From contig NC_068981.1 of the NCBI RefSeq assembly GCF_001194135.2, positions 67,851,003-67,893,890 of the forward strand: a stretch of 42,888 nt of DNA. Direction: 5' to 3'. Below are positions 24,043 through 36,056 of this stretch, piece after piece (position 1 is the first letter of the stretch; each line of letters opens with the position of its first letter). This DNA comes from Octopus bimaculoides (Eukaryota). Made by a program: the position numbers and the translations under genes. The notes under the pieces were generated by a model. That model ran no database searches. It was not told the origin of the DNA and saw only the letters and a program-made list of their open reading frames with translations.

Positions 24043-26304
24043 ATAATGTTAATAATAATAATAATAATAATAATAACGATAATAATAACGTCACACGTGA
24101 TTGTCTTAACTGGAGCGTCACACGTTCTGAAAAGAGCAGTGTTGCTGTAATTTTTTTCCTTTTTCCTCTTTGCTTTCTTTGTTTACTTTTTTTCTTTTTT
24201 CTTTTTCTCTTTGTCTTTCTTCCTCTTGTTCTCTCTCACATGACTTTGTAAAGGAACAATTTGGTGTGTTTATTTTAATAGCCTACCAACATATCCAGTC
24301 ACTTTCTCTGCTCCAGGTGTCAGGAAGACACTCGGCAAGAAATGGAAACAAAATTGAAAGAAGATAGCATAGCAGCGACAACAAATCGGAGCTCACAACC
24401 ACATTTTTCCTCTGCCTTCAGTTCGTTTGGCGGTTCTTTGTATTTTGAAGCAAGTAGTATAAAGTCATTTTCGCATATGAGGCAATAGTTATATCTTCCT
24501 CATTTTGAAAATGAATTTATTTTGGGAATTCACTTTCAATTCGTTCCTTTCCAACTGTGTAGAATAACTGCCACTTCTGCCCAGTATTTTTTATGCCTAT
24601 TATTCATTGTCACAAAAAGACTGCGTGACACACGTGGTTATAACCGAAACTTTTTACGATGCCTTCGGAAATTTACCTATAAGTGCCATACGGGTAACGG
24701 CTTGCACAGCAAGCCTTTGCTGTTTCTTTCCTGTTTTATTTCACTTAGACTTTTCATCTCTTCGTGGCGGGAAACGTTGAAATGACATATACTGCCATGT
24801 GTGTAGTACATGGCAATACATGTCAGATCAGGAATTTCTCTTGTGCTACATCTTCAACGAATCTATGAAATCAGGTATACACGAGAGGGGGCAAATTATA
24901 GACGAAGTATAGCCAGCAGTCACTTCTATGAAAGATTCAAAAGTATTGTATCTCGATATTCCCTCTCAAAATGGAAGGTGTATTGATTTTAGTGCTAATC
25001 TTTAAAGTAAAGTTTATGCGGAACAAGTATCTTAAAACATTTTCGGATAATTGTTTCTCTCTCTTCCATTAAGAATTTTTAGAAATAAGGATTTTCCGCA
25101 CTAGCAAATGTGAATGTTAAAGCATGGAAAAATTTGACCATGTTTGACATATCGTGCCACTGTACTGCGTTGAAGTATATTCGAAGAGCGTAGAATATAA
25201 ACAGCGATTCTTAAAGTTTACCAAACTTTATCGAAATGGCGAGATTGTTGAATACAGAAGAATGGGAATGATTGACCGTAATTAGGCTTTACTCTTATAA
25301 GAACGAGGGTATGGTATCTGTCATTATTTGTTTTAATCGAGAACCTTGGTGATCAGGAGTCAGCCAGGTTTAGATATCATTCCAAAGCCTCATTTTTGAC
25401 TGGCTGGCGAGATGATGAAAATGACTGTGAGTAATAATAATAATAACAGTAATCATTACCAAAAAGAGATATTTTACATGCTCATATTATAGAAACCAAA
25501 ATAAGCTGTTGAGAATTCGAACAACGTTTCTCATCTTTTGAACAGGGTGATCTATTGTTTTCTTATAAAACTGAACCGTAGATATACAAGTTTGTTATTT
25601 GTTTGTAGGATACAAAATTGATAATCTATGTTTCCTTGGTAAACATAGATTACCAAGGAATCTATATTTACGACACATTTAAACTTTCTGTCTAACAGAT
25701 CTACATTTGAGACCATTCCAAGACGCCGCTGCCTAAATAGCTATTAATTCAAATTATTTATTTGCTTTTTGATGAATATCAGAATAGAAACCTGAAGAAT
25801 CAATGTGTCAATGAAGACAGTTCAAAATATAGATTAGGTGAAAATTAGAAAACTCATATAAATTCAGCCTAAATAAAATTCATATTTATTAGTGAAAGAG
25901 TGAATAACATATAATTCTTTAACAAATACAATTTGAACTTATGAATTTTAATTATCACATTTGAGTTCATGTAACAATATTTTTCTAAAAATTTCTTTGT
26001 AGACAAGAGATTTTCTATGATGGTCTGAATCGGATAAAGCTATGAATGAGACAGTAAGGTACTGATATGTTTTAAAAGTATCGATAAAAATATCGAATTT
26101 TTATAATCAATATAGGTGTATAAAAAGGAAATTAGAGGAAACAAGATGATTTGCACACAGCATAATTTCTGATTATTTATGGATCGTTGACTGCTACAAT
26201 TATTGTTCTCCAAATTTATAAATAGCATAGGCTATTACCTCACGCGTATCGCCGTCGGTTCCACTCATTATCTCCTCCTTTTAATCAGAATATATTAATC
26301 AAAT

Positions 26305-26512
26305 GCACATATATACATACATACATGCATAAAGGCACACACGCACACATAAACGCACACACACACACACACACAAACGCACGCAAACACAGAGACACAC
26401 GCACATATATATATATATATGTATGTAAGTGTATGTATACATGCAAGCATGTATATTGGTATGCATTTAAATGACTGAATACGCAGAGACATACATACAC
26501 GCAAAGACACAA

Positions 26513-26562
<50 letters not shown>

Positions 26563-26585
26563 ACATACGTACATGTACACATACA
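26305..26585. repeat. (CA)n/(TA)n low-complexity region
   Basis: Directly visible. Confidence 0.9.
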
Positions 26586-27368
26586 TAATGTCAGAGGAAA
26601 TTCAATTTGAATAAAATTTAGATCATTGTTTATGCGCGTTAATGGAATTCCTTTAATTATCTATAAATATTCACAAACACTTTCAATTAAGTTAGAAACA
26701 ATAACCACAAACCGTGAATTTTATACGTAACAATTATCAAAGTAGAGGACAAAAATTATAGTTAGGCTATGATGATGTATTTTATGTTTTCCTGTTTTTT
26801 TTTTATATTGCAAAATACAATTTCGAGAAAATGGCTTTGAATATGATATTTAAAATGTATTACTGTTGAAAGTCAGACATAATTGCTATATTTTACATAG
26901 CCAGAAATAAGTTGCAGTTAACAGAACTATCTGAGAATCATTCAAGCACAGTGCAATACGATAATTGATAATTTCTTAAAAGAAACGGACGATACTTCGA
27001 AAAGACAAAAGATATGATGCGAAATATATTATGATATACATCAAACGCATTTGAAAGCAGAATGGTACTGAGGGAACAAAGCGTATCGCGTCTAACCATA
27101 TACATGAAGCAATTTACTTTACAACTTATCTTAAAATGAGCCATAAATTATTGGAAGTGTGACAGAACCTTTCTTTATAAACGTTACCACGTCTAAAACA
27201 AAATCCATGGACAATAGTTCAGTTCGGTTGAATGAGACAAATAGTGTTTCGAAGATAGAAAACATATGCAGCATGACTCAAATCTCGTAGCTGTCGATCA
27301 GAGGCAGACATCAGAAATTCTATTACATTTTCAACGAATCAACGATGTTCTATCTACTGGGAAATGTG

Positions 27369-27399
<31 letters not shown>

Positions 27400-27700
27400 N
27401 NNNNNNNNNNNNNNNNNNNNNNNNNNNNNNNNNNNNNNNNNNNNNNNNNNNNNNNNNNNNNNNNNNNNNNNNNNNNNNNNNNNNNNNNNNNNNNNNNNNN
27501 NNNNNNNNNNNNNNNNNNNNNNNNNNNNNNNNNNNNNNNNNNNNNNNNNNNNNNNNNNNNNNNNNNNNNNNNNNNNNNNNNNNNNNNNNNNNNNNNNNNN
27601 NNNNNNNNNNNNNNNNNNNNNNNNNNNNNNNNNNNNNNNNNNNNNNNNNNNNNNNNNNNNNNNNNNNNNNNNNNNNNNNNNNNNNNNNNNNNNNNNNNNN

Positions 27701-27766
<66 letters not shown>

Positions 27767-27870
27767 ATATATATATATATATATACATATGCATATATAT
27801 ATATATATATACGTTTGTATATAAATATACATATATGTAAACATATATATATATATGTGTGTATATATAT
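27701..27870. repeat. (ATCT)n then (TA)n microsatellite flanking a gap
   Basis: Directly visible. Confidence 0.95.
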
Positions 27871-28079
27871 ATAGATACATTAATATATGCATAAAAATGT
27901 ATATAAGGATATTGTTTAAGCATGCATAAAAAATACCATGAGGTAAAAAATTACTAATTAATAATTAAGGGTTCTACAAGGATCACCAGCACGCTAAAAT
28001 ACTAGTGAGAAGACGACTATAGTCACAAATCTTCATTGATACACATTAATTGAAATCGGAGGAATGAGCAGAAATTCTA

Positions 28080-28480
28080 AGCCCCTGTGCCAATAAGGAA
28101 CAGAATCGTAGACATACTCCTATCGTCATGATTTTCAACTTTTGAGGCTCAAGCATTTTTACTAAAATCACTTATTTAGGATGTCTATATCCAGCTCACA
28201 TTAGGAGGAATATTTCAAACAATCACTGAGTTTTGTTTGAATGACGATGCCAAGATATGGCAGCATCTTCTTTTCCTACATTCCACAATATTTATTTAAT
28301 TCATCTGTAGATTTCAGAATCTGGGGACCCATCATATAAAGACGTTCTTCTAAGCTATGAGAATGTGTCACTAGCTAAATGGGAGCCATTTCCCAAACCA
28401 ACTGTATGAATGCAACGCTTATCCACTGCATCCGTGTGGGGTTGAGAACTCCATTTCGCAACTACATCGATTCAAGCAAG
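28080..28480 (+). mobile_element. Decayed CR1/L2-like LINE RT fragment
   Basis: GTGCCA..AAGGAACAG at 28087 (cf. GVPQGT), LNDDAKI at ~28237-28257 (cf. FADDTKI), WG/PSYKDVLLSYENVSLAK at 28322-28380 (cf. WxPHYKKDIxxLExVQRRATK), then YE..QRL. Confidence 0.45.
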
Positions 28481-28640
28481 TGTCTAATATTGTTTATTCT
28501 GATGAATATCTTGCGATCGATTTGATGGCTGGAGTTTGTGCAAAGGCCTGTCCTTCACACGCACATACACACGGACGCACAAATGCGCACACACACATGA
28601 ATATGTATACATTTATATACATACACGCACTCTTATATGG

Positions 28641-28680
<40 letters not shown>

Positions 28681-29287
28681 ATCTATTTATCTATCGATAT
28701 ATCACATTTCTGGGCATTTTTCTTTAATCTCTCTACCTACCTCTGTTATCCCCTTGTTCCCCCCCTCTCTCTCTCTAGTTCCATCCCGAATTCTTGAATC
28801 CCTCTGCCCCCTAGCTCTCTGCTCCTGCCACGTGACCGGTGCTAAGCGAAGCACTATTTTTCTTTCTTTCCTTGACCGCCGCTCGTATAACCCCTCTTTT
28901 CTTGTCTCCTGACTTTCATCTATGTTTGTTGCCGTAAGGCTCCCACTTCACACGCCAACTTAAATTAACTTGTCATTTTAGTCGAAAGGCACATGTTGTT
29001 TGTATTTGTAATCATGTAGCATTCTCTCAGTTTTTACTTTCTGTTTTGTCCGTATTGTCGAACATATTCGCCCGCTTTCTTCCAAAAAATTATTGTCCCT
29101 AGCTTAGAATTTTTGGGCCTACCAAATTTGAACTGTCTCAAGTGTAGCAGGCCGAAACTGTAGTGGTAATTAGAACCTTGACTTATAAACAAATGTTCCG
29201 TCTTGATTTTCCTGTCCGTCCTTGTATCGTCCATCTGTCCATGCTTTCAGTGTCGTCCGTTACGTTATTCTTTCTATGGTTTTGATT

Positions 29288-29323
<36 letters not shown>

Positions 29324-29494
29324 TATATAGATTGATTGATTGATTGATTGATTGATTGACAGATGCATACATATAAATATAGACATATTTCAAAATTCAA
29401 AAAGTTATTTCCTTTAAAAATAATGATATAGTGGCAAGCAAATATTATTCAAATAATCACAATACATAAGAATAAAAAGTCAGATTATGTAGTA

Positions 29495-29558
29495 AGTCTG
29501 GCTGACGAGCTTTAAGTGTTGGTTCAACACAGAAAGCGAAATCAATTGATACCATAAT
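29495..29558 (+). ncRNA. Type I minimal hammerhead ribozyme motif (Penelope-like element type)
   Basis: CTGACGA 29502-29508. Stem II is G-CTTT/AAAG-C, an aa/ag internal loop, then GTGTTG-gtt-CAACAC (29509-29537). GAAA 29538-29541. Stem III is the palindrome ATCAATTGAT (29541-29550). Cleavage triplet AUA ends at 29551. Short stem I is TGG 29499-29501 / CCA 29552-29554. Confidence 0.85.
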
Positions 29559-29755
29559 GTCTAAGATTTTACCTGTATTTTACTATATGTATCTTACAAA
29601 TGAGAGGACTGTTTCCAAGATATATACTTGCTATATTCTCTGTGCGTGTTTTTCATATAATGAGAGATGCGTGGTTTTGAAGGGTTTTAACTACTCTTTC
29701 AAGCAAAGAGGTAGTTATCGTATCCTGACTTTTTATTATATGTATATACACAATA

Positions 29756-29814
<59 letters not shown>

Positions 29815-32109
29815 AAATGTGTGTGTGCGTGGTGTGTGTGTGCGTGGTGTGTGTGTGCGTGTGTGTATGTTTTGTGTATATTCATGCGTATGTATATGTG
29901 CATGAGTGTCTTTATAATTTAACAATTCGGAAAGGGGTATACTACACGAAGGGATTCAGATTTTGTAAAAAAATATATTAATCTTCGGAGCATGACTATG
30001 TGTCTGACTAGACTTAAACATCAGTCTGATCGGATCTGCTAAATCAAAATTGGGAAATATCTGATGTAGTTAACCAAGTACCATGCCAGAATGATAAAAC
30101 AATAACAGACTTGCAGAATCTCACTATTCAGTAAATAACACAGTTGAAAGGATCCTTCTGTGACGTTTCATCTTCGTTTTAAACTAGCAGCATTATTCCT
30201 TGAATTGGAATTACTGCTGTCTTGGATATATTGGCAGCTGTCCACTCAAATCAAATTTTTCAGCAAATTCTAGTATTGCCATATTCAATTCTTAATGGGC
30301 AACAAATGTAGACTATGTGAAACCCAGGTAGGTGAGGAAGAGCAATCGCTTTTAGATTTTCCTCTATCAAGTCGACTATACAAGCATGATTTTATTTACT
30401 AAATCCCTTATAACTGTATTGCATCATAAATATAAACACTGACCAGTGACTAAAATATCTAAAGGAATACAAGGTAAAAGTTACTGATGCTTATTGGAAG
30501 GTTAGATGCAACATAACCCAAGAGCCAGTAAAGCGTGCATATCGTTTTTGTGTCAAAAAATAGCAGCAGTGTCTACATAAATCAGTTCTGCATAAAACCC
30601 ATTTCAATGTCTATTCAGTTTAAAGTCTTCACCTTCATTTCAAGAAATTATGTGAGTGAAATTATCACATTCTTGCAAGAATATGTGACAAGTATAGCAA
30701 AGCATATTGAGAATATATTATGGTTTAAACTATCAAGTTGTTCTCCATTAAGTGAGACCAGGCCCAATATCTTATGAAGTAACTTCTTAAACATATTCAC
30801 AGATTTTTGGTGTACGACCCAACTACACAAGAATATTCCACGATGTATCTTAGTTAACAATATAAAATACTTTTGTTAAGATAACGAAAGCCTTATATAA
30901 TCGTACCTTGTTCAATAGATTTCTCCCGATGTTTTTTTCGCAAAGTTAATCACCTTCATATACACTCGCATGCATATACGTACACATATATATGTTCTCC
31001 ATATGCGGGCTGTAAAAAGTTTTTTGTTCTTCATGAAATAATACCAAATTATTCCAAGTACACATGCATGGAAGTTTGTCCTATTATTCTATCATTTCGT
31101 TAATGCATAACTAACATGAAAATTAAATTATAACAACATAGAACAAAGACAGACTTCGAAATATTGTGTAAGTTTTTGTATTTTTACATTTAAAGCGTAT
31201 CGTTTTCTTTTATTTTCGAAATTTTCACTGATGATGAAATATGTTGACTGTTGATTATGTGATAACATTTCAACAATATTGTCTTTAGTTTCGTTATTCA
31301 CTTTATCAGTAAACCTATTTTTCACAATACATTTCCTTTGTATACAACAATCCGAAAGAATGGATATTCTACATTACAGTTAAAAAACAAATTTACAGTT
31401 AAAGAAACTGTAAATTTATTTTTCCTACTTGGAAATGTTTCTAATGTATAAAAAAACACAAATTTGAATGTCATACTTCAAATGTATTATTGTTAAAAAA
31501 AGAAGGCATCGTAATATTTTACGCAAACAGGAAGAGAGAGAGAGAAAGATGGTGAAAGAGAGAAAGAACAGATACATTTTCAAATTCGACTCGATATTGC
31601 CGAAAATAATTACATTTAATAGAAAAATGTATTATTCTTCAAGAAATAAAAGCAAATTTATCGAAATATAGATGATAAATTCTATAGAGCCAAGTAATAA
31701 CTACTGCAAAAAAACTTTCGCTAAGAGTTGTGCCAACCAGATAAATATATGAGTAAATTACGTGTATTATACCTATTAGGAAGAATCTGCTGAATAGCAG
31801 TTGTTACTCTATGATTGCTACCACACGTGTCATCACAGCATTAAACTTGTACACACACACACACACATACACACACGCACGCACATACACACACAAATAT
31901 GGATAAACACAGATATAGCCACACAGATGATAATAGCAAAACTACACACAAATAAATTCAACCTAACAAGCAAAGTGTAGTCGTCGTATCTCTTCTAGTT
32001 GCCCCATTAGGTGAATTTCCTCTTTCAAAATTAGTAATATACTAAGCTTTTTTTAATAACTTTTAATTGTTTTGTAGAATTTCAAAATATGCATTGAATT
32101 GGATTCGCA

Positions 32110-33420
32110 GGGAAAACATCACATTCATCTTCTAATTTCTTCAGAAAATCTTACGTGGTCAACTTAGACGGTAGCTTGGTTAAACCAAACATATAGCCCA
32201 CGCATGTTGGTTACATAGCCGCAATTGTAACCCAACACCATGACAATGGTGACTCTCACATTGAAGGCTACTTAAGCTAAGTCTTCAAAGAAAGCTGACT
32301 CACGCCAACAGCTTACCCCACGATGTGTGTGAGATCCAATACAAGGAACTGACATCTTTGATTATACTGTACCACAGCCTACTGTTAAAGTGGTGCTCCT
32401 ATTCTGCCAATAGTCTTTCAGAACACTTGGGGCTAAAAACAACCGGTGTCGCTTTGATAGCATTAATACCATATTACCTGAGCTGATTAACAGGCATCTA
32501 AACTCTTAGAAGCTGTCCTGAATTTCTATCAAAACTTCCACTCCCCCTGGGATATCTGATGAAATGTACATTTGCTTAAATATTCTAGTAAATGCTCTAG
32601 CGATTTTAATTTCTTATTAGGAAACGTTATTTAGCAGTTTTAGCTAAATCTTATGCTTCAATAGGACATGCATCAAGTCCTTTCTTTTGTCAAAATAACA
32701 CTGAATGAATATTTGCCTAATTTGATAAAGCTGGAAATGGGACCCAGCAACAACAGCAGATGAAGTTTACGTTTAGAACTGTCGTGCATCCAGTTCCAAG
32801 TAGCTACTGTACTTTTTCACTTGCCTGTACACCACGTAAATCTGGAAGAGCTCTGACCTAAGCTTGTAGTCTCTTGGCAGTAGTATGAATATTTTCCATC
32901 TATCAAAGTAAGATTACTCAAGACAAAGCCATTACAGTAGAAATAATATAGGTTTGGTATTAATGTTGACGTATGCGGAATCAGTCTGTGATTCATGCAA
33001 TAGTAATTGGAGTTTCACTGACGTAACGCATACAAGCCATCATTCTGATATTATATTTAAATACTTTCAATAGTTTAATATAAAATTAGAAATTATCTGC
33101 TGTATGCTTGAACAATGCTATGCAATGTCCATACTTTCTAGTTCTATGATCCCCGCCACTCCCAAATAGAAAGAGCAACATTACATTTGCGTAACAGTTT
33201 TCTGTTTGAAAATTCCACAGTTCCTATACCACCCCATTCGACTTCATCTCTTACTACTGTGATTCCATCCATGATTTTTCTGCCTTATTAATCCGGTAGA
33301 ATACCCACTTCTACACCAGCAGCGAAGTCTTCCTTTTATGCCTGGCTGCTGAACACTTGCAGGATGCGTGAACATACTGAAGCTTTCTTTGAATGTTGCT
33401 ACAAGATACATCGTGATAGT
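32110..33420 (-). mobile_element. Decayed RTE (BovB-like) LINE 3' portion
   Basis: Minus-strand motif remnants in order: VNINTK (~32960; cf. LTINxKKT), TTLTVGCGT (~32370-32395; cf. TTLLYGCET), QL..GYVTNM (~32205-32230; cf. QLRWAGHVTRM), and PRKIF (~32140). Confidence 0.45.
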
Positions 33421-34226
33421 ACTTGCTTTATCATTGCCAATTGCAATTATAAAAATATAATATACACAAATTACATGGAGTCAACGCATACGAAATAATT
33501 GATTTTATGATAACAGTTTCTCGAAATAATGTTAAACTTGTCAAATAAATGTTAGGATGTAGGAGTGAATTTGATCTTCTACATTTTATATATCATTGTT
33601 TGATGTTTTCACGCCTCTGATTTCTCTTCAGATTTTACTTGATTTATGTTAGTTTTGAACACAATGAAGAAAAATACATAAACATGCACGTGACAATGCT
33701 CATATATATACATACATACATATATACACGTATTATATATATATATATATATNNNNNNNNNNNNNNNNNNNNNNNNNNNNNNNNNNNNNNNNNNNNNNNN
33801 NNNNNNNNNNNNNNNNNNNNNNNNNNNNNNNNNNNNNNNNNNNNNNNNNNNNNNNNNNNNNNNNNNNNNNNNNNNNNNNNNNNNNNNNNNNNNNNNNNNN
33901 NNNNNNNNNNNNNNNNNNNNNNNNNNNNNNNNNNNNNNNNNNNNNNNNNNNNNNNNNNNNNNNNNNNNNNNNNNNNNNNNNNNNNNNNNNNNNNNNNNNN
34001 NNNNNNNNNNNNNNNNNNNNNNNNNNNNNNNNNNNNNNNNNNNNNNNNNNNNNNNNNNNNNNNNNNNNNNNNNNNNNNNNNNNNNNNNNNNNNNNNNNNN
34101 NNNNNNNNNNNNNNNNNNNNNNNNNNNNNNNNNNNNNNNNNNNNNNNNNNNNNNNNNNNNNNNNNNNNNNNNNNNNNNNNNNNNNNNNNNNNNNNNNNNN
34201 NNNNNNNNNNNNNNNNNNNNNNNNNN

Positions 34227-34261
<35 letters not shown>

Positions 34262-34709
34262 ATATATGTATACGTGTGTGTAATTTTGTGTTTTTGTCCG
34301 TGTAAGTGTGCGTGTGTGTATGTATGTGTGCGAATATATTTGATGGACGTAATGTTTTTCTTGGTTTCTGGTTTGATTTTGCTGTTATCTAATCTTTTAT
34401 TTCTCATCTTATACTGTTATGGGAAATTCGATATAAGACGGTATAGACTAGGTTTTTTTTTCTCTCTTTATGTTGGTAGCTTTTGCCCTGAATGAGAAGA
34501 GGAAATGTCTACATTTGTTTTTTAAGTGTTGGGTGGGTCTCCTGATCTAGTACTGTACTGTACATTACGAGAACATTAATATTTGTGAGAGTGATTTCTG
34601 AATCTGTATCCGAAATATTTCCATACTAGCTTTTTCTACTCGAATTTCTTCAGATTCAGGTATGAGCAAATACTATATTTTTGCAGTGTAGATTTTCCTT
34701 CCTTCCTAC

Positions 34710-34753
34710 GTAGGTAGGTAGGTAGGTAGGTACCTACCTACCTACCTACCTAC
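34710..34753. repeat. Perfect 44-bp spacerless palindrome built from (TAGG)n/(CCTA)n
   Basis: GTAGGTAGGTAGGTAGGTAGGT|ACCTACCTACCTACCTACCTAC. Confidence 0.95.
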
Positions 34754-34879
34754 CGACCTACATACATACATACCTAACCTCACTAGCTTTCTGCCGGTCT
34801 GCCTTCCTAACTACCGACATATCTCCTACCAATCTCCTTTCCCTGATCAATTTGGATCAATCGAAAGGCTTTCTACAGA

Positions 34880-35490
34880 GGATTAGTGGAGGGAGGTTCG
34901 ACGACGTTTTCAAAGTGTCGACGGGGAACATCTGACCCGCACCTTCAGGACAACTTTTAGGTGGGACTTATGGACAATCACCAGAGATCCCTGGCCTGGC
35001 AGTGCTATCGGGAACCATTGCCTGTTCGAGATAAGCTCTACAGGCACAGTTCGAGATACACAGGGCCGACTTGGCTGAGATGCGGTCAGAGCGACGAAAC
35101 CGTTCTGGACGGTCTCATGCAATTTCCAACCATTTCAAACCTGCGGTCTTATGTCGAACAGCTCCTGTCATGTGTAGGACAAGTTCGGTTATCGGTCGAG
35201 ATTATCGTGAATCGTGCCCCACCACCTTCCTTTCACCGGGAAGGAAAGGCAGTTTTCATGGTACTGGTGGTTGTGGCGAAAGAATGTGTGTGGTGGACTC
35301 GTGCGAAAGGTTAGAGACAAACACTTTCCTCTCTGGTCAATCGTTCATCAAATTTTTCAAGTACCACTTGAAAAGGAATGTGAGAATATTCAGGGAAGTT
35401 TTGCCTCATAAAAGTTTCGATAAGAGGTGGGTGAATATAGCAAAGATAGTATGCGTTAATGACGAAACCACTTTAAGCATTATCCTGTAA
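34880..35490 (+). mobile_element. 3' end of a Tx1/L1-clade non-LTR retrotransposon ORF2 (zf-RVT-like C-terminus), 5'-truncated, one frameshift
   Basis: ORFs 34961-35314 and 35071-35490 join as SLAWQCYREPLPVRDKLYRH...WLRCGQSDETVLDGLMQFP...KECVWWTR / LETNTFLSGQSFIKFFKYHLKR...RW*, matching the decayed LPVRxxL..CxxCG.ETVxH zinc-knuckle region. It is immediately followed by (GA)n. Confidence 0.75.
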
Positions 35491-35494
35491 ATCA

Positions 35495-35512
35495 GAGAGA
35501 GAGAGAGGGGCA

Positions 35513-35565
<53 letters not shown>

Positions 35566-35895
35566 NNNNNNNNNNNNNNNNNNNNNNNNNNNNNNNNNNN
35601 NNNNNNNNNNNNNNNNNNNNNNNNNNNNNNNNNNNNNNNNNNNNNNNNNNNNNNNNNNNNNNNNNNNNNNNNNNNNNNNNNNNNNNNNNNNNNNNNNNNN
35701 NNNNNNNNNNNNNNNNNNNNNNNNNNNNNNNNNNNNNNNNNNNNNNNNNNNNNNNNNNNNNNNNNNNNNNNNNNNNNNNNNNNNNNNNNNNNNNNNNNNN
35801 NCTCTCTCTCTCTCATTCTCTCTCTCTCTCATTCTCTCTCTCTCTCATTCTCTCTCTCTCTCTCCCTCTCTCTTTCTCTCTCTCTCTCTCTATCT
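35495..35895. repeat. (GA)n - N-gap - (CT)n inverted microsatellite pair
   Basis: (GA)n at 35495-35565, gap 35566-35800, (CT)n with periodic ATT interruptions at 35801-35890. Confidence 0.9.
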
Positions 35896-36010
35896 ATCTA
35901 CCTGTTATCTACCTATCTATTTATCTGTTTATCAACCTGCTGAACGATTCATACGTACATGTATCTGCCTTTATGTATGCATTGCATATATGCAAGCACA
36001 CACACACACA

Positions 36011-36056
<46 letters not shown>

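Noticed and set aside
27188-27290. Minus-strand frame ending DFVLDV|gtaacg as a candidate nAChR exon 2
   Set aside because: Lacks RPV and FG motifs and has an upstream stop.
28318-28403. Plus-strand AG/GT unit SGDPSYKDVLLSYENVSLAKWEPFPKPT as a host exon
   Set aside because: Better explained as a CR1/L2 RT remnant given the flanking PQG- and ADD-like motifs.
31005-31330. Possible decayed mariner ends (GCGGGCTGTAAAAAGTT TIR-like; HTH-like peptide)
   Set aside because: Too degenerate to call without a search.
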